Assembly (NCBI GenBank): GCA_963699755.1
Contig: CAVOVB010000003.1
Span: 320,001-384,000, forward strand
DNA from: an uncultured delta proteobacterium
GTDB taxonomy: Bacteria > Myxococcota_A > Polyangia > Polyangiales > Houyiibacteriaceae
Length of the DNA stretch: 64,000 nt
Reading direction: 5' to 3'
The position numbers and the translations under genes are program-made. Below the pieces are notes generated by a model. That model did no database searches, was not told the origin of the DNA, and worked only from the letters and a program-made list of their open reading frames with translations. This document shows, piece after piece, positions 1 to 8,999 of this stretch; positions within the stretch are counted from its first letter, which is position 1, and the number at the start of each line of letters is the position of its first letter.

Positions 1-152
1 CGTGCGCCCGGCGGCTACGCTCGGGTCTTCGCTCATCTCCACACTCAAGTTGGGCCTTGATCTTTGGGCCAGTGTGACGAGACTCGCGCCACAGGAGCAG
101 CATGTCAATGCGCTTCTCCCTTTTCCCGTATGCGAACGGAGGAAAGCCAATC

Positions 153-659
153 ATGAACACGACGAATCTCCGTAGGACTCACCCCCCAAAAAAGCTCTGG
201 CGCACTTATGTTGACCGTTGCATAACGCAAGGCGTGTTGACACGTCTCGCCATTGCCGTGCTCCTGGTAACTGCCGGCACCGCCTGCAAGCACAACAAGA
301 AGGCGAACACGACGGTGGCACGCCGTGCGTCGTTCGACCTCGCGTGCCCTAGGGAGGACCTCAAGCTCAACGTCGTCGATACCGAGGGCGCTCGCAAGAT
401 GGCCTCGCAAATCGCGGTGCGCGGCTGCGAGCAAAAGGCAGTCTACGTCTACTACCCAGATTCCGACACCTGGATCATCGACGGCATCGTGACGCCGCTG
501 GCCGCGGACTACCAGGTGCCGCCCCCGATCGACAAAGGGAGAGGGAAACGGGGAGACAAGAAGGCGGTGAAGGCCGAGAAGCGTGGCAAGATGACGAACG
601 ACCCGTCCGCACCGGTCGAGCCCGAGGCACCTGCGGGCGACCTCCCTGATCCGACCTAG
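153..659 (+). CDS. Hypothetical lipoprotein-like protein
   Basis: ORF 102..659 with uncertain start (ATG at 153 chosen); hydrophobic stretch ending in a lipobox-like TAG-TAC, two further Cys, Lys/Pro-rich tail. Confidence 0.55.
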   Translation: MNTTNLRRTHPPKKLWRTYVDRCITQGVLTRLAIAVLLVTAGTACKHNKKANTTVARRASFDLACPREDLKLNVVDTEGARKMASQIAVRGCEQKAVYVYYPDSDTWIIDGIVTPLAADYQVPPPIDKGRGKRGDKKAVKAEKRGKMTNDPSAPVEPEAPAGDLPDPT

Positions 660-740
660 CGCCGCTTTCCCTCCGTTGATGTGGCACGGAGCCGTGGTAC
701 GTCTTTTCGCTCCCACTATGCCGAATCTCGAGGTGAGCTC

Positions 741-1427
741 ATGCGCCATTCGCTAATGCCTTCGGCTCAAGCAGCCCCGCACTATGGGGTGCTGCTGCTG
801 GTGTTGCTGGCTCTCTTGGTCGTCGCACCGCTCTTGCCCACCGAGCGGGCTGGCTACGGGGTGGAGATCCTCTTCGACCTCGTCCTGATCACCGGCGCCT
901 ACTCCGCGGCCTGGCAGAGCCGACATCGACTGCCGTTCTTCGTGCTGACGGGCGCCACGCTCGCCACGCGCTGGACCGATATGGTCCTCGACCACGGCGG
1001 ATTCTCCGTGGCGTCGATTGCCCTCTTGATTTTCTGGCTCGGCTATGCCGTGGCTTTGATCCTGGCCGCTCTGTTTCGCATGAGGCAGGTGGGGACCAAC
1101 GCGATCTTGGGGGCGATCGTGGCCTACGTGCTCGTTGCGGTGGCGTTCGAGTCGCTGTACCTGATGGTCGAGCTGATCCAACCCGGTTCCTTCACAGGAC
1201 TTCCGGCCGGCGGCAACCAGGCGGAGCTCGAGAGCGCGTTGCTCTACTTCAGCGTCGTGTCGATCACGACGATGGGCTACGGCGACATCACGCCGATTTC
1301 GGGGCTCGCGCGCTCCTTGTCTTCAATCGAAGGCATGTTCGGGACGCTCTATCTCGCCGTCATGATTGCGCGGCTGGTGGGGCTGTATAGCTCGCGCCCG
1401 ACCGACGACGCTTCGCCATCGGAGTGA
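741..1427 (+). CDS. Potassium channel family protein (ion channel pore domain)
   Basis: K+ selectivity filter TTMGYGD preceded by LYFSVVS; about 6 TM helices; GAGGTG RBS before ATG 741. Confidence 0.85.
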   Translation: MRHSLMPSAQAAPHYGVLLLVLLALLVVAPLLPTERAGYGVEILFDLVLITGAYSAAWQSRHRLPFFVLTGATLATRWTDMVLDHGGFSVASIALLIFWLGYAVALILAALFRMRQVGTNAILGAIVAYVLVAVAFESLYLMVELIQPGSFTGLPAGGNQAELESALLYFSVVSITTMGYGDITPISGLARSLSSIEGMFGTLYLAVMIARLVGLYSSRPTDDASPSE

Positions 1428-1459
1428 CGAAACCGGGCTTTTGAGGTACCAATCGCAGC

Positions 1460-3193
1460 ATGCGGAAGCCGAAGGGATGTTCGATGCCGACGGTCGTGGC
1501 CGGGCTTGTCCTCGTCATGCTCGGGTCAGGGGCGCACCGTTCGGCAGAGGCGCAGCCCGTGGAGCATCCGCTCGAGCCTGCGGTGACCTCGAGCCCCCGC
1601 GAGACCCTCCGCACCTTTCTCGATGCCTCGGAGTCCATGTGGGCTTTGGTTCGCGACGAAGGTGAGGGACAGCGCACCAAAGAAGGGCTTCAGGAGGTCC
1701 TCGCGCTCGACGCGCGCCGCAAAGGAACGCTCGACCTCAGTGAGGTCGCGCCCGAGGCTCGCTCTGCAACCGGCGACGATGTGAGTGTCTACCTCTACGA
1801 GGTGCTGACGCGGATCGAGCTTCCGCCGCTCGAAGAGGTTCCGGGCAACGACGACGTGGAGAACCGTGCCGACTTCGAGAGCTGGACCGTGCCTCACACG
1901 GAGATCAGGATTCATCGCATTGCGAAGGGACCGCGCGCCGGCGAGTTTCTTTTTGATCCAGGAACGGCCGATCGCGCCCGGGAATTCTACGAGCGCACTC
2001 GTCATCTGCCCTACCGCCAGCCGCCCCCCATCGAGAACGTCGGCTCTTTTCGCGAGGTGTACGGTGGATGGAACATTCCGATCACATGGGTCGACGCCTT
2101 GCCTGAGCCGATGCGGACGGTTGCCTGGGGGCAAGCGATTTGGAAGTGGGTCACGCTTCTCGGATCGCTCCTTGCGGCGCTGCTTCTGGTCGCTGTAGTT
2201 TTTCGATTCACGCGCCGCCGCGGCCGTTCACCGTCAGGATGGCGCTACCTGACGAGACTCACGGTTCCGGTGCTGCTCTTCATGGTCGCGGCGTTCCTGT
2301 TTCCTTGGCTCGCCGAGGAAATATTGCTGAGCGGCGATGTTGCGAGGTGGGTGAAGCTCAGCACCACGGCGGTCGCCTACCTCTCGCTGGCCTGGGCGCT
2401 CTGGATCCTGATTCTCGCCGTCGGCGAAAGGGTCGTGAGTGCCCCACGGATCCAAACGGAGGGCCTAGACGCAAGCCTCATTCGCCTGACCGCTCGGCTG
2501 ATCGCGATCGCCGTCGTGGTGGTCCTGGTATTTCAAGGCGCCACGGCGGTCGGAATCCCGCTGATGGGACTGATCGCGAGCGTTAGCATCGGCGGCCTTG
2601 CGGTCGCGCTTGCAGCCCAAGACACCCTCAAGAGTGTCCTCGGTAGCCTGACGATCTTCATCGATCGGCCGTACAGGGTCGGCGAGCGCATCATTGCGGG
2701 CGGCTACGATGGCGTCGTCGAGCGGATCGGGCTCCGGTCTACTGGAATACGCCAGCTCGACGGGAATGTGACGTCCATACCCAACGAGAAGATGGCCGCG
2801 ATGGAAATCGAGAACGTCGATCGACGGCAGAGCATCCGCCGCAAGACCAGGCTCCGGATGGCCGTGGGTTCCTCCGAGGCGCAGGTTCGAGAGGCGCTCG
2901 CCATCGTCCGGGAAATCGTGGAGGGCCACGAGGGCATGTCCGCGGACCGGCCGCCCCGCGTGTATTTCGACGAGTTCAACCCCGACTCCTTGAGCATCGT
3001 CATCTTCTACTGGTACGAGCCGGCGGACTACTGGGCGTTCTGCGAGCTCGCCGAGCGCATCAACCTAGAGATTGTCCGCCGATTTGCAGAGGCGGGCATC
3101 GAGCTGGTGCCTCCCACGTCGACGACTCGGATCACAAACGAAGCGGGCGACCCGCTGGAGCTCAATGCCTCGAGCCCAAACGGCCAGAGCTAG
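1460..3193 (+). CDS. MscS-family mechanosensitive ion channel with periplasmic N-terminal domain
   Basis: GGLAVALAAQDTL, DRPYRVGERI, GVVERIGLRST, IPN motifs; N-terminal SSPRETLRTFL. Confidence 0.88.
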   Translation: MRKPKGCSMPTVVAGLVLVMLGSGAHRSAEAQPVEHPLEPAVTSSPRETLRTFLDASESMWALVRDEGEGQRTKEGLQEVLALDARRKGTLDLSEVAPEARSATGDDVSVYLYEVLTRIELPPLEEVPGNDDVENRADFESWTVPHTEIRIHRIAKGPRAGEFLFDPGTADRAREFYERTRHLPYRQPPPIENVGSFREVYGGWNIPITWVDALPEPMRTVAWGQAIWKWVTLLGSLLAALLLVAVVFRFTRRRGRSPSGWRYLTRLTVPVLLFMVAAFLFPWLAEEILLSGDVARWVKLSTTAVAYLSLAWALWILILAVGERVVSAPRIQTEGLDASLIRLTARLIAIAVVVVLVFQGATAVGIPLMGLIASVSIGGLAVALAAQDTLKSVLGSLTIFIDRPYRVGERIIAGGYDGVVERIGLRSTGIRQLDGNVTSIPNEKMAAMEIENVDRRQSIRRKTRLRMAVGSSEAQVREALAIVREIVEGHEGMSADRPPRVYFDEFNPDSLSIVIFYWYEPADYWAFCELAERINLEIVRRFAEAGIELVPPTSTTRITNEAGDPLELNASSPNGQS

Positions 3194-4212
3194 TAGAACG
3201 TCGCGACCCGCTGGATCATCCAGTAGGAGCCGAGAATGCCAACCGCGTAGGCCGCCGGCGTCTCAAATCGGCGGAGCGCCTCGATCGATAGGTCGTAGTT
3301 GGCAAGTGCCCGGGCGGCGAGGCGCGCGAGCTGGTACACCATGAGGACGGCGAGCACGAAGAGGATCTGTCCGAGCTCCACGCCGAGGTTGAAAAAGAGT
3401 AAGGCAGCCGGGATTTCGGTCTGGGGAAGACCTGTTTCGCCTAGGACCGCGGCAAAGCCGAAGCCGTGAAGCAGGCCAAATGAGGCGGCGACTGCAATCG
3501 GGTAGCGGTAGGTTAGGCTATTCTTGTCGCCCCGCACGATTTCGACCGCGAGGAAGACGATGCTCAGCGCGATGGCCGCCTCGACGGGGGGAATGGGAAC
3601 GCGGACCAGGCCGAGGGCGCTGAGCGCGAGCGTGATCGAATGCGCGATCGTGAAGCCAGTGATCGTGATCAAGATCCGGCGGCCGGTGCCAGCGATGAGC
3701 ATCAAGCACACCAGAAACAAGAGATGGTCGTAGCCTTCGAGAATGTGCTTCACGCCCAGCGTGAGGTAGTCGCGCGCCACCGCGCCAAAGCTCTCGACCT
3801 CAGGGATGATGAGCTCGGTTTCCTCCGGGGAAGCCAAGAGCGAGTGCGTTTGGCCCGACCGTCGAGAAACGCGAAGCAGCGCGGAGACTGAAGGGTTGAA
3901 TGCCGGGTAGCGGATTTGCAGAGCGGTGCCCGCTGGATCGACGTTGCATCGATAGGTTCGTCGACGAACGCTTCCGCGATTCGCGGCTACGGCTGCTTCG
4001 CCGGTTGCCGCGACACATCCTTCAGCCATCCGAATCTCCGGCGCGTTGCGCACGTCGACCGAAGGCGGGATCTTCCATCGGACCGAGAACAGCAGCGGCG
4101 CCTTTTCGGTGACCTCGATGTAGAGCGGGCGGCTTTCGTGTGCATGCGCCGCGCTAGTGACTGTGGCGGTCGCAGCGAGCGCCAGTGTCAACAAGGTCGC
4201 CGCGCGGGTCAT
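3190..4212 (-). CDS. HupE/UreJ-family membrane protein with N-terminal periplasmic domain
   Basis: Signal peptide ending AHAHE; GVKHILEGYDHLLF, FTIAHSITL, FGLLHGFGFA, FNLGVELGQ motifs. Confidence 0.85.
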   Translation of the reverse strand: MTRAATLLTLALAATATVTSAAHAHESRPLYIEVTEKAPLLFSVRWKIPPSVDVRNAPEIRMAEGCVAATGEAAVAANRGSVRRRTYRCNVDPAGTALQIRYPAFNPSVSALLRVSRRSGQTHSLLASPEETELIIPEVESFGAVARDYLTLGVKHILEGYDHLLFLVCLMLIAGTGRRILITITGFTIAHSITLALSALGLVRVPIPPVEAAIALSIVFLAVEIVRGDKNSLTYRYPIAVAASFGLLHGFGFAAVLGETGLPQTEIPAALLFFNLGVELGQILFVLAVLMVYQLARLAARALANYDLSIEALRRFETPAAYAVGILGSYWMIQRVATFY

Positions 4213-5126
4213 CGGCCGCCGGTTCCTTCTTGGATCCGCGGCGAGGGATCGCGTTCGTAGACGACTCGGACATCGTAGGCCTCGACGACGTCGGCGATGG
4301 CCGCTTCGGTTTCTTCTCGAACCCGCGCCCTGCGTGCATCCTCGCGGACGCGCGCTTCGAGCTCAGCGAGCTCCGGCTCGCGTCCTGGCTCGTTTGTCGT
4401 CAGGAGGACGAGGTGCAGGCCGTAGGCTGAGTCGAATGGGCCCCGCCAAACGAACTCATTGGGCTCGAGCGCGAAAAGCGCCCTGGTCATCGGCGGGCCG
4501 AAGTGGCTGCCGACGTAGTCCGATGTCCGCTCGACGTAGTTCACATGATAGAGAAAGCGGTCTCCGTGTTGCGGCGCGTCGGAAAAGGGGACGCTGTTCC
4601 GGTTCAGCCTCTGAAGCTCTTTTTCGGCCAACGCCCGGGCCTGCTCCCGCGGCCGATCTTCGGTCTGGAAAAAGACATGCGTGAAGGTGACGTAGGGCTC
4701 CACGTAGTAGTCGGCCTTGTTGGCGTCGAAGTAGCGCAGCAGGGCGGCTTCACCGACGTCGGCCCCGGCCTCGGCGAAGCCCTCGGTGATGAACTCGAGC
4801 TTTTGCACCAGTCGGCGGCGGATGATGTAGTCGTCGTCGTCGAGGCCGAGCGCAATCGCCTCCCGATGGAGAACTTCTTCTCGAACGTAGTCGTCGATTA
4901 GGCGCTGAAGCTCTTCGTCCGACAGGGCGTTGAGCTTCTTCCGGGCGAGGTCCGGATTGAAGGCCTTGGTTCGATACTGAATGAACGTGAGGAGCGCCTC
5001 CTGGTCCACCGTGATCACGTTCGGGTCGAAATCCTGGTCGCCGCGATTCACGAGACCGAACAAGACGAACAGCCCGAGACCCGCTGCGAGGAAATGCAAA
5101 AGCGGCTCTCTTAGAAACTTGTTCAA
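4209..5126 (-). CDS. PpiC/parvulin-type peptidyl-prolyl isomerase (rotamase)
   Basis: LREPLLHF N-terminal anchor; EEVLHREAIALGLD..IIRRRL; FTHVFF; WRGPFDSAYGLHLV. Confidence 0.8.
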   Translation of the reverse strand: MNKFLREPLLHFLAAGLGLFVLFGLVNRGDQDFDPNVITVDQEALLTFIQYRTKAFNPDLARKKLNALSDEELQRLIDDYVREEVLHREAIALGLDDDDYIIRRRLVQKLEFITEGFAEAGADVGEAALLRYFDANKADYYVEPYVTFTHVFFQTEDRPREQARALAEKELQRLNRNSVPFSDAPQHGDRFLYHVNYVERTSDYVGSHFGPPMTRALFALEPNEFVWRGPFDSAYGLHLVLLTTNEPGREPELAELEARVREDARRARVREETEAAIADVVEAYDVRVVYERDPSPRIQEGTGGR

Positions 5127-5165
5127 AACGGGTTAGCCCTTTGGAAAAGGGGCCTGTCCCCTCTT

Positions 5166-7040
5166 CTACGGGGTATACCAAATGGGCGAGGAGTACGCTC
5201 GCTCTTGGATGGTCGAGGGGTGGCCCGTTTCAGCGGGGTCCATGTTGAGTGCGATGGCGTCGTAGAGGGTGTGGCGCGGCGTCGGGATCTGGAGGACGCG
5301 AAGATAGTAGAAGGCTCGGGCGTCGGGATCGAAGTCGGGGTCTTGCCACACGACCGAAAGCTGCGCGTCACCGATCGAGTTGCGGTACGCGCCGGTTTCG
5401 AGGTCGACCGTGTTGCCGACCGGCCGCAGCGAGCCGTCGCTGCCGATGACCCGTCCGTCCGACCAGACGATGTCGTAGACCATCTCCTGAGGCTCATCGT
5501 TTTCGTCAAGCCAGCCCTTGACCATTTGAACGCGGTCCAGGTTGGCGCCGACTGGGTCTTTGATCGCGTAGACCAAGAAGCGCGGTGCTTTACCTTCGGG
5601 GGCCTGGGTCAGGTCGCCGCCCATCGGGACACCGTTCGCATAGCCAATTTGGGCGAGGTCCTTTTTGCCCGCGTCTTTGTCGTCGAAGCCCCATCCGCCG
5701 AAGAGTCGAACACGAATGCGCGGACCGGTAGTCGCGTACACCTCCTTGCGCCGAAAGGCCGCGAAAAGCGCAGCCCGCTCGTTGGCTTCGGCCCAGACAC
5801 CGGCGATCCCCGCGGCCGACATGTCGGCCCCGAATCCCTCGATGCCCAGAAACGCCGCAAAGGTGTTCGCCGGAGTCGAGTCGAAGGCAGTCTTGCCGTG
5901 AAAGTTATCCTCTTCAGATGAAGACATGCCCGTATGCGCGTCGGTCGAACCGATCATGCCGAACTTGTATGGGTTGACTCCGACCTTGGCTTCGACCTGC
6001 AGGCCGCGAAGCAAGCCTGAGCGCGCGAAATCGCCGGCCTCGACGCTGGCCTTGACGCCTTCGCCCAGGGTCTCCGCGTCGATCGCATGGCTGAATGGCT
6101 CGAAGGCGGCGAACTCGTCGTTCGGGGAGAGAATGGGATCGGTCTCGGAGTCGCCCTTGATCTGTGTGACCTCGACGACCTGCTCCCATTTCATCCGCGT
6201 GCGCGCATACTCAGCGGTGATCGGGCGGCCCTCGCTGTCGACGTCGTTGAACATCAGGCCACCGCTGATGTTGGCGTTGTGTGGAATGGCCGTGAACGAC
6301 GCGCCCGTGCGCGCAGAGGTTTCCTCGAGCCAGTCCCAAAGGTCTTCGGGCTTGTCGCTGTCGAAGGAGCTGTACGGGATGAACTTCGATGCTACCTCGC
6401 CGCCCTCAGGCATGAAGACGACACGGTGGAGGTTCTTGCCGCCCGGCGTCGAGGTCCACTCCCAGCCGATGAACGAGGTGAATCTGCCTGGGTCATTGTG
6501 ACGCTCTGTGATTTTGACCATCTCACTCCAGACCGCGCGACGGGTCTCTTCGCCATTGAGGTCGTCGTAGGGCTTGCCGGCGTTGATGGCGCCCACGAAC
6601 TCGAGGAACACGTCCTGGCCTTTCCCAGCCTCCATCATCTTGATGAAGCGCTTTCCGCTCGCGGTCTTGGTGAGCAACGGGTCGCCCTGGAACAGTCGCA
6701 ACGGCACCCCCATCATCTCCGCGTGATCGGCCACCACCAGGAAGTCGAGCGGCGTCCCGATTTGGATCTTCCCGCGGTGATAGGGATGGATGACCGGCAG
6801 GCCTTTGGCGTAGCGGTACGCGGTGTCCGGATCCGCTGTGGTGTTTCCGAAGAAGTACGCGTCCGGCGAGTAGCTCGTGTGCAGGTGCGTATCGCCCCAG
6901 AGAACTTGTGATGGCTCGGCCCTGATCGCTGTCGATGTGGCGTAAGGAGGGGGCCCCCCGCTCGATCCGCAGGCTGAAAGCAAAATCGCTGGAGCTGAGC
7001 AGAGGCAGAGAGTGAACAACTCGACCAGGGGCAGCTTCAT
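5166..7040 (-). CDS. DUF3604 family protein (putative secreted/lipoprotein metallohydrolase)
   Basis: WGDTHLHTSYSPDA, LDFLVVADHAE, GWEWTS, NLHR, IPHN, GSTDAH, EVYATTGPR, QERAYSSPIWY; lipobox LSAC; ATG 7040. Confidence 0.85.
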   Translation of the reverse strand: MKLPLVELFTLCLCSAPAILLSACGSSGGPPPYATSTAIRAEPSQVLWGDTHLHTSYSPDAYFFGNTTADPDTAYRYAKGLPVIHPYHRGKIQIGTPLDFLVVADHAEMMGVPLRLFQGDPLLTKTASGKRFIKMMEAGKGQDVFLEFVGAINAGKPYDDLNGEETRRAVWSEMVKITERHNDPGRFTSFIGWEWTSTPGGKNLHRVVFMPEGGEVASKFIPYSSFDSDKPEDLWDWLEETSARTGASFTAIPHNANISGGLMFNDVDSEGRPITAEYARTRMKWEQVVEVTQIKGDSETDPILSPNDEFAAFEPFSHAIDAETLGEGVKASVEAGDFARSGLLRGLQVEAKVGVNPYKFGMIGSTDAHTGMSSSEEDNFHGKTAFDSTPANTFAAFLGIEGFGADMSAAGIAGVWAEANERAALFAAFRRKEVYATTGPRIRVRLFGGWGFDDKDAGKKDLAQIGYANGVPMGGDLTQAPEGKAPRFLVYAIKDPVGANLDRVQMVKGWLDENDEPQEMVYDIVWSDGRVIGSDGSLRPVGNTVDLETGAYRNSIGDAQLSVVWQDPDFDPDARAFYYLRVLQIPTPRHTLYDAIALNMDPAETGHPSTIQERAYSSPIWYTP

Positions 7041-7166
7041 TTGTCTCTTCCTTGGGGTTCTTGGTCCGACTAGCACGGTGATCGCTCGAGGTTTTAGAAG
7101 CGGGCCGAACGCAGGTCAATCGACGATGTCGGCTCGTCCCAAGGTGACCCTTTTTCTCATTTGCTG

Positions 7167-7195
7167 CCGACAACATCGGCGCTTTCGGATACATT
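7167..7195 (+). promoter_or_regulatory. Putative sigma70-like promoter, possibly leaderless
   Basis: CCGACA-17 nt-TACATT, then 7 nt to ATG 7203; no SD. Confidence 0.4.
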
Positions 7196-7202
7196 GCGCG
7201 TC

Positions 7203-8999
7203 ATGCATCGAGGGGTTTTCACTACGATCTGTCTGCTGCTGATACTCGCCGCGTTTTCTGCGCCCCTGTTGTGTCCGAGCTCCGGCGAGGCACAGGCGGA
7301 CAGCACCCACTACCAAACCCTGCAGCTCGGCGAACGCTCGCGCGGCATGGCTGCCGCCTTCACGGCGTTTGCCGCCGACGGAGCCGCGATCTGGTTCAAC
7401 CCTGCCGGCCTTCCGCTCCTCGAGCCCAAGCTCTTGCAGGGCAGCCTGTCTTTGATTCAGCGCCGAACGCTCACGTACTCGGGTGCGCTCGTCTCGGACG
7501 GCCCCGACGGCCCCGGGGGCGAAGACCAAGTTGAGGATTTCAACCTCAAATCGAACCCGAGCCTTCCAGGATTCGCCGTCGCAAGCTTTGCCCTGGGGAA
7601 ACCGAAGAAAGAGCTCGACGATCGGAAGCCTGTGCAAATCGCGATTTCAGCGTTTGTTCTCTACAATGTTTCCTTCGGCGGTGACGTCAACTTTCAAGAC
7701 GAGTTCTTGCGCACGAGCAGCCTTCAGTTCTACCAAGACGATCGCGCCAGCTACTTCGCGGCGGCCGTCGGTCATCGGCCCACGCGACATTTCTCCTGGG
7801 GCATCACGCTGCTCGCCCGGAACCGCGTGATCCAGCACGTGGAGACCATCTCGCTGACAACTGGAGGCACCCAAGATCCCAGCAAAGGGAGCCCCTGCCC
7901 GACGAGCCCTACGATCCCGTTCTGCGTGTTCGATGCGACGCAAATCAGCCGCAACACGGTGTTCAGGATGAACTCCTGGGACCTGACCCTCCGGCTCGGG
8001 CTTTTGAACCTGATCGGAAAGCGATGGCGCATCGGTGTCATGTTTCAACCTCCCGGCCTGAACGTAGGGGGCAAGTCCAACCTGAGGTTCGAGCTGACCG
8101 ACGTGGTGTCGAGCAACTCTCCGATCAACCCGGGTCTCTCCGACTCGGTTTTTGCCAACATTCAGCGCGGCGCTCGCTCGCCGATTCCCTGGGAGCTGCG
8201 GTTGGGCCTATCGTATGTGATTTCCAGCAAGGTGGCCGTCGCGGCGGACGTCCAGTTCGTCGGTCGGGTCGCCGATGGTACGATCGCGCCGGGAATCCCG
8301 CAGCTCGAGGGTCGAGCCAACACCTCGGGCGCCCTGCTGGCAGACTCGACCAAGCGAGACTTCACCTGGAATGTCTCGCTGGGCTCGGAGATTCAGATCA
8401 CCAAGTTCTTGTTCACCCGATTCGGCTTCCTCACCGATAACAGCAGCGCACCCGACGCCTCGGGCGCTGGGAGCTTCATTCGTCCCGCCCAGATCGATCG
8501 TTACGGCTTCAGCGCCTCGGTCGGTGGCGCGAAGAACGGCAAAGGGCTCTCGGCGGGTGTGTCGGTGCTCTTTGGCAAAGGAACGGGCAATGGCCTCGAC
8601 TTCCGCGGTGAGGCCTTCCTGAACGACACCAATTTCCTCCGCGTCCCGGTCAAGGAGCGCATCCTCATCATCTCCGTCGGGGGCGACATCGGTCAGGCCG
8701 CGGACGTGGTCAAAACCAAGTTCAAGGAAAAGAAGACCCAGCAAGAGATCGAGGCACAGAACGAGGCAGAGCGAGAGGCCCGACTCGCGGCGATGGAAGC
8801 CGAGACGGACCCGGAGATCAAGGCCGCCCAAGAACGGGCGATCGAAGCGCGAAAAGAGCGCGATGAAGCAGAGCAACGCGCCAAAGAAGCCGACGCCGAG
8901 GTCGAAAGGCTGAAGGCGACGAAACCGGGGAACCTGGACGAGGAGGACCAGGGCGCCCTCCAGGACGCGACGCAGTTGGGCGTCGGCGCAATTCGATAG
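7203..8999 (+). CDS. FadL/OmpP1-like outer-membrane beta-barrel with C-terminal charged coiled-coil tail
   Basis: Signal peptide; GERSRGMAAAFTA..AIWFNPAGL hatch motif; amphipathic beta-strands; about 95-aa E/K/A-rich tail. Confidence 0.65.
   Translation: MHRGVFTTICLLLILAAFSAPLLCPSSGEAQADSTHYQTLQLGERSRGMAAAFTAFAADGAAIWFNPAGLPLLEPKLLQGSLSLIQRRTLTYSGALVSDGPDGPGGEDQVEDFNLKSNPSLPGFAVASFALGKPKKELDDRKPVQIAISAFVLYNVSFGGDVNFQDEFLRTSSLQFYQDDRASYFAAAVGHRPTRHFSWGITLLARNRVIQHVETISLTTGGTQDPSKGSPCPTSPTIPFCVFDATQISRNTVFRMNSWDLTLRLGLLNLIGKRWRIGVMFQPPGLNVGGKSNLRFELTDVVSSNSPINPGLSDSVFANIQRGARSPIPWELRLGLSYVISSKVAVAADVQFVGRVADGTIAPGIPQLEGRANTSGALLADSTKRDFTWNVSLGSEIQITKFLFTRFGFLTDNSSAPDASGAGSFIRPAQIDRYGFSASVGGAKNGKGLSAGVSVLFGKGTGNGLDFRGEAFLNDTNFLRVPVKERILIISVGGDIGQAADVVKTKFKEKKTQQEIEAQNEAEREARLAAMEAETDPEIKAAQERAIEARKERDEAEQRAKEADAEVERLKATKPGNLDEEDQGALQDATQLGVGAIR

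Noticed and set aside
681..700. TGGCACG sigma54-like -24 element upstream of the K+ channel gene
   Set aside because: No GC dinucleotide at the -12 position
5138..5152. Short hairpin CCCTTT-GGA-AAAGGG between the DUF3604 and ppiC genes
   Set aside because: Only a 6-bp stem with a 3-nt loop and no U tract; too weak to call a terminator or riboswitch
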